A stretch of DNA of 64,000 bases, taken from NCBI RefSeq assembly GCF_000143415.4, contig NW_003314430.1:110620-174619 (forward strand). Direction: 5' to 3'. Position 1 is the first letter of the stretch; every line of letters begins with the position of its first letter. The DNA is from Selaginella moellendorffii (taxonomy: Eukaryota; Plantae; Lycopodiophyta). The notes beneath the pieces are model-generated. The model saw nothing but the letters and a program-made list of their open reading frames with translations. It made no database searches and was not told the origin of the DNA. Positions 23,777 to 36,043 of the stretch are shown in pieces. Position numbers and translations under genes: made by a program.

Positions 23777-23864
23777 AATTTCTACCCTGGTACGTTTTTC
23801 GAAACTAACACACACGAACACAAGTGGTGTGTTTTGGGTTCTTTCAATAATCCTTCATCACCTT

Positions 23865-25544
23865 TTACATTCTGAACATTGAGATGATCTCATCCATGCT
23901 CTCGTCACACCCTTTCTCGCCAAATGCAAACTCCACCAGCTTCTTTTTCTTCTCCTGAATGGCCAGAATCTGCTCCTCCACGCTCTCCTTCAGGTCACGT
24001 GGACCGGCCGGGTTTGACCGATGCGGTGCGCCCGGTCAATTGCTTGGTCTTCCGTTCCACCACATGTCGATTAGCAGCACACGCGAAGCTGCTACCAAGT
24101 TGAGGCCACACCCAGCTGCTCTGAGCGATAATAGCAATACCATCACCTCTGGATCCTTGTTAAACCTGCCGATTGCAGCTTCTCGTTTTGTCATGTTCAT
24201 GCTCCCGTCAATTCTCGCGAATTTGATCCCAGAGCACTCCAGCTCCAGTTCGATCAGGTCAAGCATAGAAGTCCATTGCGAGAAGACAAGGGATTTCTCT
24301 CCCAGAGAGTCATCTTGAGAATACCCATGGCTGCTCTCAACTTTGCGGACTGGCCGATTTCCTGCACACCTCGCTCAAAATCGTGTTGCTTCTCCTGGGC
24401 CTCCAGCTGGAGCTTCTTCAATGCTTGTCTCATTTGCTTCTGGTCCTCATCGTCATTATCCAAATTATCACCTTGAAACAGATCTTCACTCTTGAGTAGT
24501 GCAGGATGGTCACACATTTGCCTGAGCCGCAGTAGCATGCTCAAGATCTTGAACCTATTCTTCTGCAGCGTCCCTTCATTACTGTACTCGTCAATCCTGT
24601 TGTTGTACTCCCATCAAAGTGACTCATAGATTTGTCGCTCTGGGTTTGAGAGCTCCACCTCCACCCGGCTGACCAGCCTCGGTGGCAAGCTCAACACAGG
24701 CTGGCCATCAATGAGCGAGGTCTTGCTTCGCCGCAGGACAATGCATTTGAGTGCCGTCTTGAGTGTCGCTGAGTTGCCCGTCTTCTCAAACTGCTCGTAG
24801 TGGAGCTTGAAATCCGCATGAGACTTGTGTGGGCTGATCCGGAGAAAGCGGAAGAAAGCAAAGAGGTCCTTGATGTTGTTCTGCAAGGGCGTTCCCGAGA
24901 GACCCCATCTGTAGGTCGCAGAGAGATCCCTGCAAGAGAGCGAGACTTGGGTGTAGGCTTTCCGGATGGATTGCGCCTCGTCCAGCACCACCCTATGCCA
25001 CGCCACTTTGGCCAGCGGACCGAACGGGAGATGCCGGCTCTTCTCAAGTCTCTTCTTGAGCGAAGCAATCTGGCTGTAGTCAACACCACAGTCGTCCGTC
25101 GTGACCACGTTGGCCTTGAATGGCACTTCCTTGGCCACGACCCCGTGATCACCACGTCGTATGATGCCAGCGTCTCAGGCGTTCCCTTACGCTTGTCCTG
25201 GTCGTGGTAGACGAGCGTGGAGAGCTGGGCCTAGGGCGCCACCTTGATCGTGATTTCACGCTCCCACTGCCCGAGCACACTCATTGGGCAAACAATGAGG
25301 GTGCCACCTTTGATCTTGTCAATGTGCCATTGGTCCTTGGCCCAGCCTTGAGGAGCAGAGCGATGGTCGAAACGGTCTTACCCAAACCCTGGTCGTCCGT
25401 GAGGATGCCTCCTTTTGTGACGCACGCTAGCATCCAGGCCAGCGCTTTCTTCTGGTGCTTCATCAGGTCAGCCCTCATTGACCCAGATTCCACGTCGCAC
25501 TCCGCCTTATAGACGACTCCTGCATCATTCGTTTCTTCCTCCAT
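23865..25544 (-). pseudogene. SNF2-family (RAD5/Ris1, CHR28-like) helicase pseudogene, frameshifted and apparently intronless
   Basis: LMKHQKKALAWM, DDQGLGKTVSTIALL, WHRVVLDEAQSI, RWGLSGTPLQN, LLRLRQMCDHPAL, RIDGSM, LSLRAAGCGLNLVAA, VEEQILAIQEKKK spread over several frames with an in-frame stop at 24614. Confidence 0.85.
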
Positions 25545-25951
25545 ATGTCCATAAATTCCCCCTTTCGCTTCTTCGCCATTCTGTGCAAACGAAATGAAAA
25601 TTATGTGGGGGTTTATAAATGTTCTTTCCATCAAAATGCAAGAATATTCCGTCTCGCATACTCTAGAAATTGTGGGATCAAATACAAATGCTTGTAAGTG
25701 TGAACTGCGGCTACTGGTAGCCGGTGGTCAGCGAGTTTACGAGTGCTCTCTCTTCTGATTCCACGCTTTTCATCGTCGCGACAAGCTATGTTTGTCACAA
25801 AGTTTTTGAAGTTAGCTTCTTTTGCAACTCGAAAAAACCTTACTGCCGCATCCGAGACAAGAATAAGGTTACTGACTGTCCTGACGGCTAGACCATTATC
25901 TTTTATTTATTCTATTTGAGGTTCTTAAAACTGTTTAGACGTCCTACATCT

Positions 25952-27907
25952 TCAGTTTATGGCTCCACGCTGAAGCTGTCCCGTTTGAACCGACCTCTCA
26001 AAATCCCAGTGGAGGTTTGATTGATCTTCATTTCTTATGCTCCAGAATGACCACCCGAATGAAGCCTCTTTGTACACCGTCAGCTGTGCAGTTGCGTACC
26101 TTGCGAAGTCTTCATTAGAAGCTCCTGTAACGTTGATTTGGTTGCTCCATTCGCCTTGGAAAATATTACCAGTGAATTCACTTCTTCCACAATAAAAGAA
26201 TAAACTTCGGCAAGAACGTACCAACAAAAATGAGAGCGTTTCCTGCATTTTCCAGGTTTGCAATGCTTGTTCTTCGCTCATTGTTGATATAATCGACATG
26301 CCACTGGACAGATTTGTCGTCGAAGGTTGGAGTGTAGGCGTTGTAGTAATGAACGTCAAGGACCACATTCGTCGAGCCATTCAGGGTGTTGACGAGCTCG
26401 ATTGGATCGGCTCCAATTCTCTGGCTCATGATCACGTAAGCAGTGGAGCTGTATTTCCGAACTCTTTCATAGCCTTGCTTGTAGTAAGTTTCGAGAACGT
26501 CGAGGCTAACATCTTCCTTTTGAGCCTCGTTTAGGAGCTCGATGCCCAACAACGCTGGATGTCTCGAGTATCTGCTATGTTGCAATTTTTCGTCAGTTCC
26601 TCGGATTTCTAGAGTTGATCAAATAATACCTGGAAGCAAGAAAGTCGATGACTTCGAGTGTTGTATCGATGTTTTCCTTTTTGCTCCACGTTGAAACTCC
26701 ATCTCGATTAGCACTGTGCTCCCAGGGATTCTGTGATCCAGGTGCTGCATGAAGATCGATAATAACATTGATGTTGTTGCTCCTGTGACCATGAAGGATA
26801 AGAGAGAAAGTTATTACAGAAGAGCCTATTTTCACCCAGCCCATGTAAATGCGTTGTCTAGAGCTTGCAAAGATCCTCCAACGAAAGGCTTCGGTGGGCT
26901 GGGATCGTACGCTATCCACCATCCAACGGGAATCCGGACAGTATTGATTCCATTGGCAGCAAGGAACTCAAAATCCTTCGCAGTGACAAAGTTGTTTCGA
27001 TGATTCTTCAAAACGTTAATTAAAAGAAGAATAACATTGTAATCAACGTGGATATAACTTTGAAAATCATACGAACCGCAAAGACAACTTGGGCGGCGGA
27101 AGAAGTACCGAAAGCATTGGCTAGTTGAAACTCTCCATGAAAAGGGGCTCGATTGCTCATCTCGAAAACGGCAGAATTGTTATCCCACCCGGGCTCGCCA
27201 TTGTAATCGGCAGTGAGCTGGTTTTCATCTTTGGCCTGGAAATTTGGAGCCACAAGGAACTCAACGACGCCATGAATCATGATCATATAGAAATGTTTGG
27301 AGAGATCTTACCTGCAAGTACATGCCACTGTAAGCTTTTATATGAACTAGCTTGGGGTTATTGGGATTGCGAAGAATCTCAAATGTTTCCCATTCTCCCG
27401 GAGTGTCTTTGGTTGAATCGACGCCGCTCTGATTAGCCGCCGAGACAAAGTTGTTGTTGAAGACACGGAGCTGGAATTTGGTGCTGCTTACTCGCCATAG
27501 CTACACCAGAATTTGCTTGAAAATTGGGAACAGAGATTCTTGTGCTCAATGTGAGGACTAAACCTTAAATGTCTCCCAGCCCGATGCCATTTGCCTGTCC
27601 ACAACCATTTTCTGCCCTCCTCCATCCTCGGCGCAAACATATGTTCCTAGATTCACGGATTTGAGCTCTATTTGCGTTCCATCCTGCAAAAGATCTTATC
27701 CATAGGCAATGATCTTTTGTGAACCTAACCTACCAGGAGATCCCTGTTTTCTAGAATGGCGTCGAACAGGGACATTTTCATCCATCCTTCAATCACTAGC
27801 CATCCCCCAAGGTTGACGGAGCGAATCTTGAGGGGCGAAGCTGCAAAACTCTGGATTACTGTCAGCAGGGAAATTGTTAGAAACATGAGCAAAAAATTTG
27901 GCCGCAT
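25952..27907 (-). CDS. GH5 glucan 1,3-beta-glucosidase with fascin-like insert (copy 2, convergent with copy 1)
   Basis: [70 protein letters not shown]; exon layout mirrors copy 1. Confidence 0.9.
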
Positions 27908-28859
27908 TGTTGCAAGACACTAAAAGTTAATGGGACACCATATAAAAATACCAAGAAGCACTGGGTGAAGCACTCTCACCCATGGTTCTCAGAGCACTGA
28001 GAACCATATTGCAGTAACAGTCAAAGCACTGAAAGGCACCTCATTTTTTAACCAATTACTCGCATGGTAATATCAAATTTTTTTTACCTACATTAACTTA
28101 GTTGACTTGAAGTCAACAAGGAAGCTAACGTTAGTTCAATATATGCATGTTCATATGTTTAGTAGATGGAGAACCTTTGACCCCAGATGTTTGTTCACTT
28201 AGGGATTGGTCTTTGCACTGTGGGTAAATGAGGCATTCTGAGTAAGCCTTTATCTTTGTATTTAACAAAAATGTATTTATTATATCTTTTTCAAGTTTAT
28301 TAGAAGAGGAAGAAGATAATAATTTGTCTTTGTCAGGTCGTGAATCAAATGCTTCAAGTGTTAAGAGTGAAGGTAATCCCATATTCCCACTTAAATAGTG
28401 TTTGAATTTTTGCTGTAGGCATTTGGAAGTTTCTTGCGTTTGAAAGGATTTAATAGTCCTACGACATTTGGCACTTAGATGAATTTCAAGATTTAGAGAC
28501 TAAGACAATGGGCTTTCTAGCAAGTTATCTTCAAATTTCTCATTCTCAGTCCATATTTTACAAATATATGTGGCTCATCGATCCACATTGGAGTAGTGTA
28601 TACTACTATATTCCTCCATATGAGGTACTTAAACAAATATTGCTATCATGTCGGCACAATAGAAAATTATCAATTCCTGCTCAAGTTGTGGAATTGCAGG
28701 ATATCATTTCAGTAGTTGTTACTTTTGTGATGCTTTAGTCATACACAACCCAAGATAATTGCAAGATAAGCATCATTCAACTATTGATATATGTCAATCC
28801 TTTATGCACTGTGCCTTAACACTTGCAAATGCAGATAGAAGCTTTATACAAATGATAGT

Positions 28860-29730
28860 TTTAAATTCGTGGTGACGATATCCATCTACAACCACTCGTG
28901 GGAGGATCACTTGGCTCATCTGATGGTATGGTGGCCAAGCTTTCCAAATGCAATTTCGGAATGACAAAGATCACATAAGATCGCCAACGGAACACTGATG
29001 GCTGATCCTGAAAAGCTAGGTGCTATCCAGTTACGAGCTTTTCTTGGCTTTTCTAACTATTTGAGGAAGTTTGTGCAGCATTTTTGCGACAGCCCTCACC
29101 GACATTATATGCTGTCTACCTTTTCGTGGCAGGCATCCTTCCTTAAAGAGCGCCTGCTTTCCGTTCCAGACTTCTCCAAGGAATTTGTAGTCGAGACGGA
29201 TGCATCAGACGTGGGAGTCGGGGGCGTCTTGCTACAGAACAGTCGCTTCATAGCGTTCGAGAGTTGACGGCTCTCGATAGCAGAATCTCGGATGACCGCT
29301 TATGAGCACGAGATGACAGCAGTGATCCACACAGTTTGCAAATGGCGCCACTACTTATCATTACGACATTTCCATTTGCGAGTGGATCACCTCAGTCTGT
29401 GCTTCTTGATGGATCAACAACACCTCAATTAAAAACAACGACGACGAGTTAGCAGAACCTTCTGGTTTTGCAAACACGTCAGGAATGATATTGGAAGTAC
29501 CTGCTTGTGTACGGCATCCCAGAGTATCAGCATTAGCGGCAGCCGTCAGCGGGAGTGCAACACCCGAAGTTTGTTTTGGATGGGGGACTTCTCTGCAGGA
29601 AAGGCTGCATCATACTCAGCAACTGTCACACGTCAAGTGTTTCGAGAGTGCTGGTCACCCAGGAGGATCTTCCACATTAGCTGCCATCAAGTTACGTTTG
29701 TATTGGAAGGGGATGCGAAGGAGGTGAAGC
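28860..29730 (+). mobile_element. Ty3/gypsy pol remnant (RT end, RNase H, integrase zinc finger)
   Basis: LRAFLGFSNYLRKFV, PDFSKEFVVETDASDVGVGGVLLQ, IAFES, KWRHYL, AGHPG...YWKGM with stops and frameshifts. Confidence 0.88.
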
Positions 29731-29986
29731 TGTCCTTGCTGCCGCCCTGATCGAGCGCTAGCCTACGCCACCGCAGCCAATACCCGGCATGCTCGAGTTC
29801 GTACGGCGTCTCCTGTGAAGAAAATCGCCCAATGGAATGGCCACCAAGCGCCACAACCGGCTATTTAACTGTTTGGAGAACTCCTTTGTTCCCGAAAGTT
29901 TAGTTCTTCGATCACATTACAAATCGCGATAGTTTGTTGCCTAGCTATAGAAATCGAAACAACTCCGGAAAAACTCCTCTTGACTT

Positions 29987-31801
29987 TTAAGCTAGTCCGG
30001 CCTCCTTCAAAACCTTTTCGAAAGCTTCGTCATCATCCCAGGCCACCTGCAAGAGAGAACGCTTTAAACCCATCAAGGAAAGGAGACAAAAAGTGTACCG
30101 GTGAAATGGTTTTGCCGAAGTGCTCCTCGATCAGAGTTAGCATCCTCGTGTCCTCCTGTGTGACAACCAGATTAAATGCAGCTCCTGCAAGCAAAGCTCT
30201 CACACGTGAAACCATGCTCTGGTTGAATGATTCTTTCTACCTTTCCTTCCAAATCTTCCACTTCGGCCGATGCGGTGTAGATAAGTTTCATAGTCCGGCT
30301 GCTTGGGATAATCCCGCGTGACTGGAAGATCGAAGTTAACGACCAAGGTGACCTTAAAAGCATCCGCAAGTCAGAGACGGGTACGAAGAAAAACACGTCA
30401 AAAGAAAAGCATTGACAAGGACACCTGCGCGACATCGAACCCCCTCGAAAGAACGTCAGTTGAGATTAAGATCCTGGTTATTCCCTGTCGGAACTCGTCG
30501 ATGATCTTGTCACGGAGGTCGGGACTATATCCTCCCTGGATAGAACTGCACTTATGACCGTCTGCTTCCAGCTTCTCGTGCAGCTCGGTCACACTACGTT
30601 GGCTCTTGGCGAAGATGATCGACTGTCCGAGCTTCTCGGCAATGGGGAAGATTCTATCCTTGAGAACCTCAAACTTGGCAGCTTCAGAGGGGCAATCTAC
30701 ACGGTACTGCTTGATGACGTCCAGCGAGAGCTCGAGCTTTTCGACGAATACTCGGTTTGCTATCGGGATGCTTTTGGACACGAAATTCTTCACCTTTTCG
30801 CTGAAAGTTGCAGAGAACAGCAAGAGCTGCAGGGAAAAGTCTTATCTTCTTTCGTAGGCCGCTAGGAAGAATGAAATCTCACCTGGCAACTCGGTGCTTG
30901 CTTGTTGATGCGTCGCAATAGCTTCATGGAAAAGTCACGAAACCCATTCTGCAAGGACGTATGAGATTGAAACAATCACAACAGAATTGAAGCCTACCTG
31001 GTCTAGCATATGATCAGCCTCATCAAACACCAAAACTTTCAAGTGTTGCACGTCTAAGTTTCTCTCGTTGACGATAGCCCTCTCCAAAGACCCAGGAGTT
31101 CCAAAGATAACTTGGTCGACTATATGTCCGAGGAGTGAGCTCCTGATACTTTCCGTAGGAGGTATGATACAGGTCGATTTGATATCAGTGAAGCGTGCCA
31201 TTCTTTCGAGCACTGCTTGGTTCTGCGAGGAAAAGATAAAAAGAGGATCGATCGTTTACATATCACCGAGCACAACAAAGAAACTACGAACCTGGAGTGC
31301 CAACTCTCGTGTTGGACAAACGCACAGAGCTTGGGGTTCGTGCAAAGAAGTGTTGACGCGACTTAGCATGCCGAGAACAAAGCATGTAGTTTTCCCAGAG
31401 CCATTGTGCGCTTGAGCCACCAGATTGCGATGCGGGGGATTCATGATCAGCGGCAGCGTCTCGGCCTGGATCTTGCTCGGCCTCTCAAACTTCATCTCGG
31501 AGTAGATCCCTCTCAGCAGCGGCTCGGAGATTTTAAGCTCCTCAAACGTCTTGGCCGAGGTATACAAGCTGTTGCCCTCGACGAGCTCCTGTTTTCCACA
31601 CACCAGGATTTCACCCGCCGCTCATCTTCGACACCAATGACATACCTTGTCGATCTTCGTCTCCACTTCGTCGTTGAGCTTCTCGGATCGCGGCTTCACT
31701 GGCGCGGCTTTTGAATCTGCGCCAACAGAGATCACCAGCGCTCCAAAATCCAAGTCTGCTTCATCCGCCCAATTCGTCTTTGGCGCGGGCGCGGGATTCA
31801 T
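29987..31801 (-). CDS. LOS4: DEAD-box RNA helicase DBP5/DDX19 (LOS4/RH38), mRNA export
   Basis: NWADE N-terminus, [52 protein letters not shown]; last exon [17 protein letters not shown]-stop. Confidence 0.93.
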
Positions 31802-32159
31802 GATGCTGTAGCCCTAACTAGGGTTTTAAAAATGTTTAAAAACACGCGTTTAAAACAAAGCGGGATGTATCGATGGGAGCTAGTTTGGAACACGGGCTGC
31901 ATGGCAATCAACATGAGACGAGAAATCTTACTCTCCCTTAAGATCCGCCACTTCAACCCGAGAAGTGTTCTTCTAGAGGAGATCAAATCCAAAAGCGTGA
32001 GTGCTCTCTTTCCCACAGGGGACGAGGAAATCGACTGGGCTGCACTGAGTGGCTCTTGGCTTCGATGATATACTCCATATATTGTGTGTAGGATTCTGGC
32101 AAAGAATCAGAAGGGGAAAAGGAACATGCCTTCTTACAAAACAAAGGCTCTTCCACCGT

Positions 32160-32500
32160 GGTGGCATACATGTTGTCGGCATATGCCCTGAAGGCTTCAC
32201 CTTGCTGAGGCTAGAAACACGTTTCATGATGTTGTCCTAGAATGTTCTTGTGTCTCTGTGAAGGAATGACGCGAAACATGGTATCCATGGTGGAAAAACT
32301 ATGCCCATTTTGGGCATTTGGAAGAGCAGTTTTATCAAATGCCACTGTGGAATGGAGACCTGGAAGACGCGAACAAGTTTTCTGATTCTATGCCACAGCA
32401 GAACGTAATCTCTTGAACAGCCTATGATATAGATGAAATGCCACAGATGAATCTAGTATCCTGGAATGCGATGTTCTTTGCATATGCAAGCGAAGACATT
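32160..32500 (+). pseudogene. Degenerate PLS-type PPR fragment
   Basis: Remnant motifs MLSAYA, HLAEAR, MPQQNVIS-stop, MPQMNLVSWNAM. Confidence 0.6.
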
Positions 32501-32699
32501 CTTTGGTGCCCAGGAAATATTCCGCGGTTTACACCCATAGCCCGATGGACAGGCCATGCGCAAGAATCTTGTCCCCTTGATCTGGAGCGGTTTGAACATC
32601 AAGACAACCTGGAATTCTGTGCTACAGTTCCAGCTTTTGGAGAGAGCACAATTATCTTGAAAAACTTATGGAGTACTCCTGGAGGGAGAGAGGAAGAAC

Positions 32700-33160
32700 T
32701 TAATTAACAGGACAACCAAGCAAGCTCCTTTCGACCTTCTCTTGACAAGGTGTTGGGCGCCTCCACCACTGACCAGAACTTGGAATCGGCTCCAAACTGC
32801 ACAAAATATACTGCTCTTGCCATCAGTGCACGTCATGGCCACCCATGCATCATCAAACTCCTCGTCACAGCGTGAAACAATCGCCCCTTTCATTTCCCGC
32901 ACGATTTTTCATTATGCATTTGAAAGCCGGTCCTGATCCAGCTGACGGAAGGACAAGCAGTAATGAGCTTCCAGCCCCACTCTTTGGAATCAACCAGAAA
33001 AATTCGCTAGGAACCATCCCACAGGTTCTGTATCTCGTGATCCTCGTCGCGAAACACCACCAGCTCACCATGATCCAGCACTGGATAAACGCGTTCTTGT
33101 TGATCCTTCCGGGCATTTGGACCCCAACCTCTTGGGGACATAGATCCAGCAACACGGCAT
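32700..33160 (-). pseudogene. Fragment of the divergent F-box protein family (C-terminal part)
   Basis: NAF-PVLDHGE, NLWDGS, SRCDEE and CTDGKS correspond to NGFYPMLHHG, NMWDGS, SRCDEL and CTDGSN of the gene at 61359-62303; frameshifted. Confidence 0.65.
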
Positions 33161-33165
33161 TATAA

Positions 33166-36004
33166 TCATCCTCTGCCTCTCCCTCGTCCTCCTCGGCCCC
33201 GTCCTCTTCCTCCTCGTCCTCTTCCACGGCTACTTGGCCTACCTCTGTCCTCGGACTTCAATCCCAGCGATTGGATCCCTCGCTTTGATGAGCTCTGGCT
33301 TTCTCTTTGGGGACGCTCTTGTTTCCTCTCCTGTCGTGAGAAACTCAGCTCTCTGCTGCCCCATCGCCCACCTGACACGGGATTGCTGCTTTGCGCTGCG
33401 GTGACGCGCTCCTCCATGGGCATGTTGTGCTCGGCAGCCAGCGAAACTTTGTCCCGGAATGCCTTGGCGTGGATCTCGTCTTTAGCCTTGTAAAGCCTGT
33501 GACAAAAAAAGAGAGGTACGTTGTTTTACAAAAGCTTTCGAGAGTGGTTGGTTTAACCTCGGAGCCGAGTTGGATTTGTGCGTTTCCTTGTCTTCGCCTT
33601 CGCTGCCGCTGGCGTCGCCCTCGGAGCCACTCGACTCTTGCAATTCGAAATGCTCTTGGATCAAAGATGCGTTCTTTTTGTTTGTCTCGTTTGGATGCCG
33701 AGCTTTGTACTCTTCTGCCGTCTCGTCAATCTCAAAGTCCTGGGCGAGAAGAGCGTAAGTGTTGCGGGACACGGAAAGAAGTAGAGCTACAAACCTTGTT
33801 TGAAAATAATGACGCGAAACGTTCATCATCAAGAATTTCAGAACGTAGACGTTTTTTCTTCTTGTCATCGACCTCGTCACCGGCTGCTATCAAACGAGCA
33901 GCCAAATCCTGGTTGACCTTCGGAAGCTTTCTTTTCACCTGTCATACACCTCGAATGAGAAGCCATAGAAAAGAATGTAGAAACAGAAAACGATCTCACT
34001 GTTATTCGCGATGCACGTTTCTCATCCAGCTTCTCCTTAATACGCTGTTGTCGATATACTTCATATGCAAAAGGATCAGCGATCGACTTTGCCTGAAAAG
34101 ACGAACTGTAAATTTGATACAGTTGCAGCATCGATTACCTTGCCATACAAGCGATGATCTATGAAGTATCCATGCATGTATGCTCGAAGCAAATTCGTCC
34201 CTATTAAGTTGGTTAGATTCAAACGTTCTAAATCATCTTTTGTCACGAATTTGTAGTCGTCATATATAACAGTTTGTGCACCGTCCTCGAGTTCCTCCTA
34301 CAGCAAACACAGTACAATCAGCCGCCAAGACGTCTCTAATCACACTCACCGTAAGATTTTCCAAGTACGAGCACCACTTTGGAGCTGGTCCCAGAGCGGG
34401 AATAAAATATGCAGGTATTTGAGTATTGTCCACGGCAACAAAAATCAGCCCGCTGTTCGGAAAAACGCACACATCATTGATGTGGCCATTCGGTGGTTCT
34501 ATGTTCGTTATGCTTTTTCCCTGTACAAGGCAAAAGTTAAGATCGCCCGCGTCGAAAACTAGCACTGTACAATTACCGTTTCAGGCTCCCAGATTCTAAT
34601 AACCTTTGTATCCGAAGTTACCAATTTCCTGGGTGATGAAAGGTCTCCATGCCATTTTATGTCGACAATGGGGGCGTCATACCTGAGAACCAAGTCCGTC
34701 TCAGTCTCACAAAGGATTAAAAGAGCGTGAATTAGCTACAAACATGTGATCCTTGATCGCTATAGGTGCAGAAGAACGTATGTCGTAGACTAATACCTGT
34801 CACAGGGAAGAAAGAAAACTTACCAGGTTATAACTTTTAAAGTTTTCACTTGCCTGACCAGCACTTGTTCCCGCAGCTAGGAAGAGTCCTTCTGTATCGT
34901 CAAAGCGCAAGGCTGTTACTTCCTGAAGTAAAAGTGAGAATCATTCAAGTGCAAACATAATTCCACCTGATCAACATTTCCCGTTGGCTTGACGGCGTCG
35001 ATCCGTGCGACTGCAGCCCTTTGACGCAAATCAAAGCATTCCAATGCACCGTCTTCACCTCCGCAAGCGATCAAACCATGGGCTGGACTGCCAAACAGAA
35101 ACAACGAGTGATTCTTTTCCAGGATAATGTCGAACTGACCGACCTTCTTCCAATAGCATTGACGCCAGGAGAGCGACTTGAAAGAGGAGCAAGAAACCTT
35201 CCCTGGAGAGAAAGTAAGCATGAAGGAAAAGTTACGAAATGGAAAGAACAGCGTACCTGTTCTAAATTCAAGCAATATATCTCCGGAGAGGACGCCGCGA
35301 CCAAAAGATCGCAGGACCATTTGTCATAAGCAAGATCCCTCCCCATCCTATGAGCGAACTACTAGTTGAACGTTTCAACAGTGAAAGCTTTTGAAAAAAT
35401 ACCTGGGTATTCTTGTGCTGTAGTAGCGTCCAAACTTTGCATGAAGACATATGGATCGATCTGTGCAAAGAAATGCGAGCTTGGAGAAATCATCCCCCAA
35501 AACCTGGAAGGAGAAATGCTTGAAAAACAAATGCAATAGAACAAACACCAGACCTGGAAATCGACGATTTCAGAGGTGAAGTGACGATCAAACTTGAGAG
35601 ACATTTCTCTGAGCTCGTAAACTCTGACTTGTGGTGGATAGACACCTGAAATAACATCACGATCACATTTTTTTCTTGTTTTCTACGCAAACAAGCAATG
35701 GAACGAACCAGAGGCGATAATACATTCTTGATCCGGAGTGACTTTCATCCTCGTGGCAGCAGCACTGAATTTGAGATCCTGGATGAGCTCCACTCTCCTC
35801 AAAAACTCTACAGTCAAGCAACACATTCTAGTGATCGATCTAAAACAAAAATTCCAAGAGACAAGAAGAAGAAGTACCTTCATCCTTGCGCCTGGATTTG
35901 CGCCTGGCGGTCTTCTGCCACGATGCTACCGCGCGCTGCCCCGTGATCGAGTAGACCTTGACGCCATTCACAGCGCTCACCTTCAAGCCTCCCTCTGCCG
36001 CCAT
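33166..36004 (-). CDS. NOL10: Nucleolar protein 10 (NOL10/Enp2; WD40 plus NUC153; multi-exon)
   Basis: VNGVKVYSI, RRVELIQDL, SLKFDRH, GRDLAYD, YFIPALGPAPKWCSYLENLT, YDDYKFVT, LPKVNQDLA, DERFASLF; C-terminal RG/RGG tail. An alternative ATG lies at 36010. Confidence 0.92.
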
Positions 36005-36043
36005 TCTCATAAACCCTAATCTCGGGCCAGGGTTTTTGGCGGC
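36005..36043. promoter_or_regulatory. 39-bp spacer between divergent ATGs with inverted telo-box elements
   Basis: AAACCCTAA at 36011-36019, AGGGTTT at 36029-36035 (inverted AAACCCT), and GGGCC (site II-like) between them. Confidence 0.6.

Noticed and set aside
25708-25723. CGGCTAC-TG-GTAGCCG hairpin as a Helitron 3' end
   Set aside because: The nearest CTAG is about 40 nt away rather than about 10, and no matching 5' terminus was found.
33166-33230. Apparent dual coding: RG-rich NOL10 tail versus acidic EEDEEEED in another frame
   Set aside because: Expected from GA-rich low-complexity sequence; the acidic ORF simply runs into an F-box relic.
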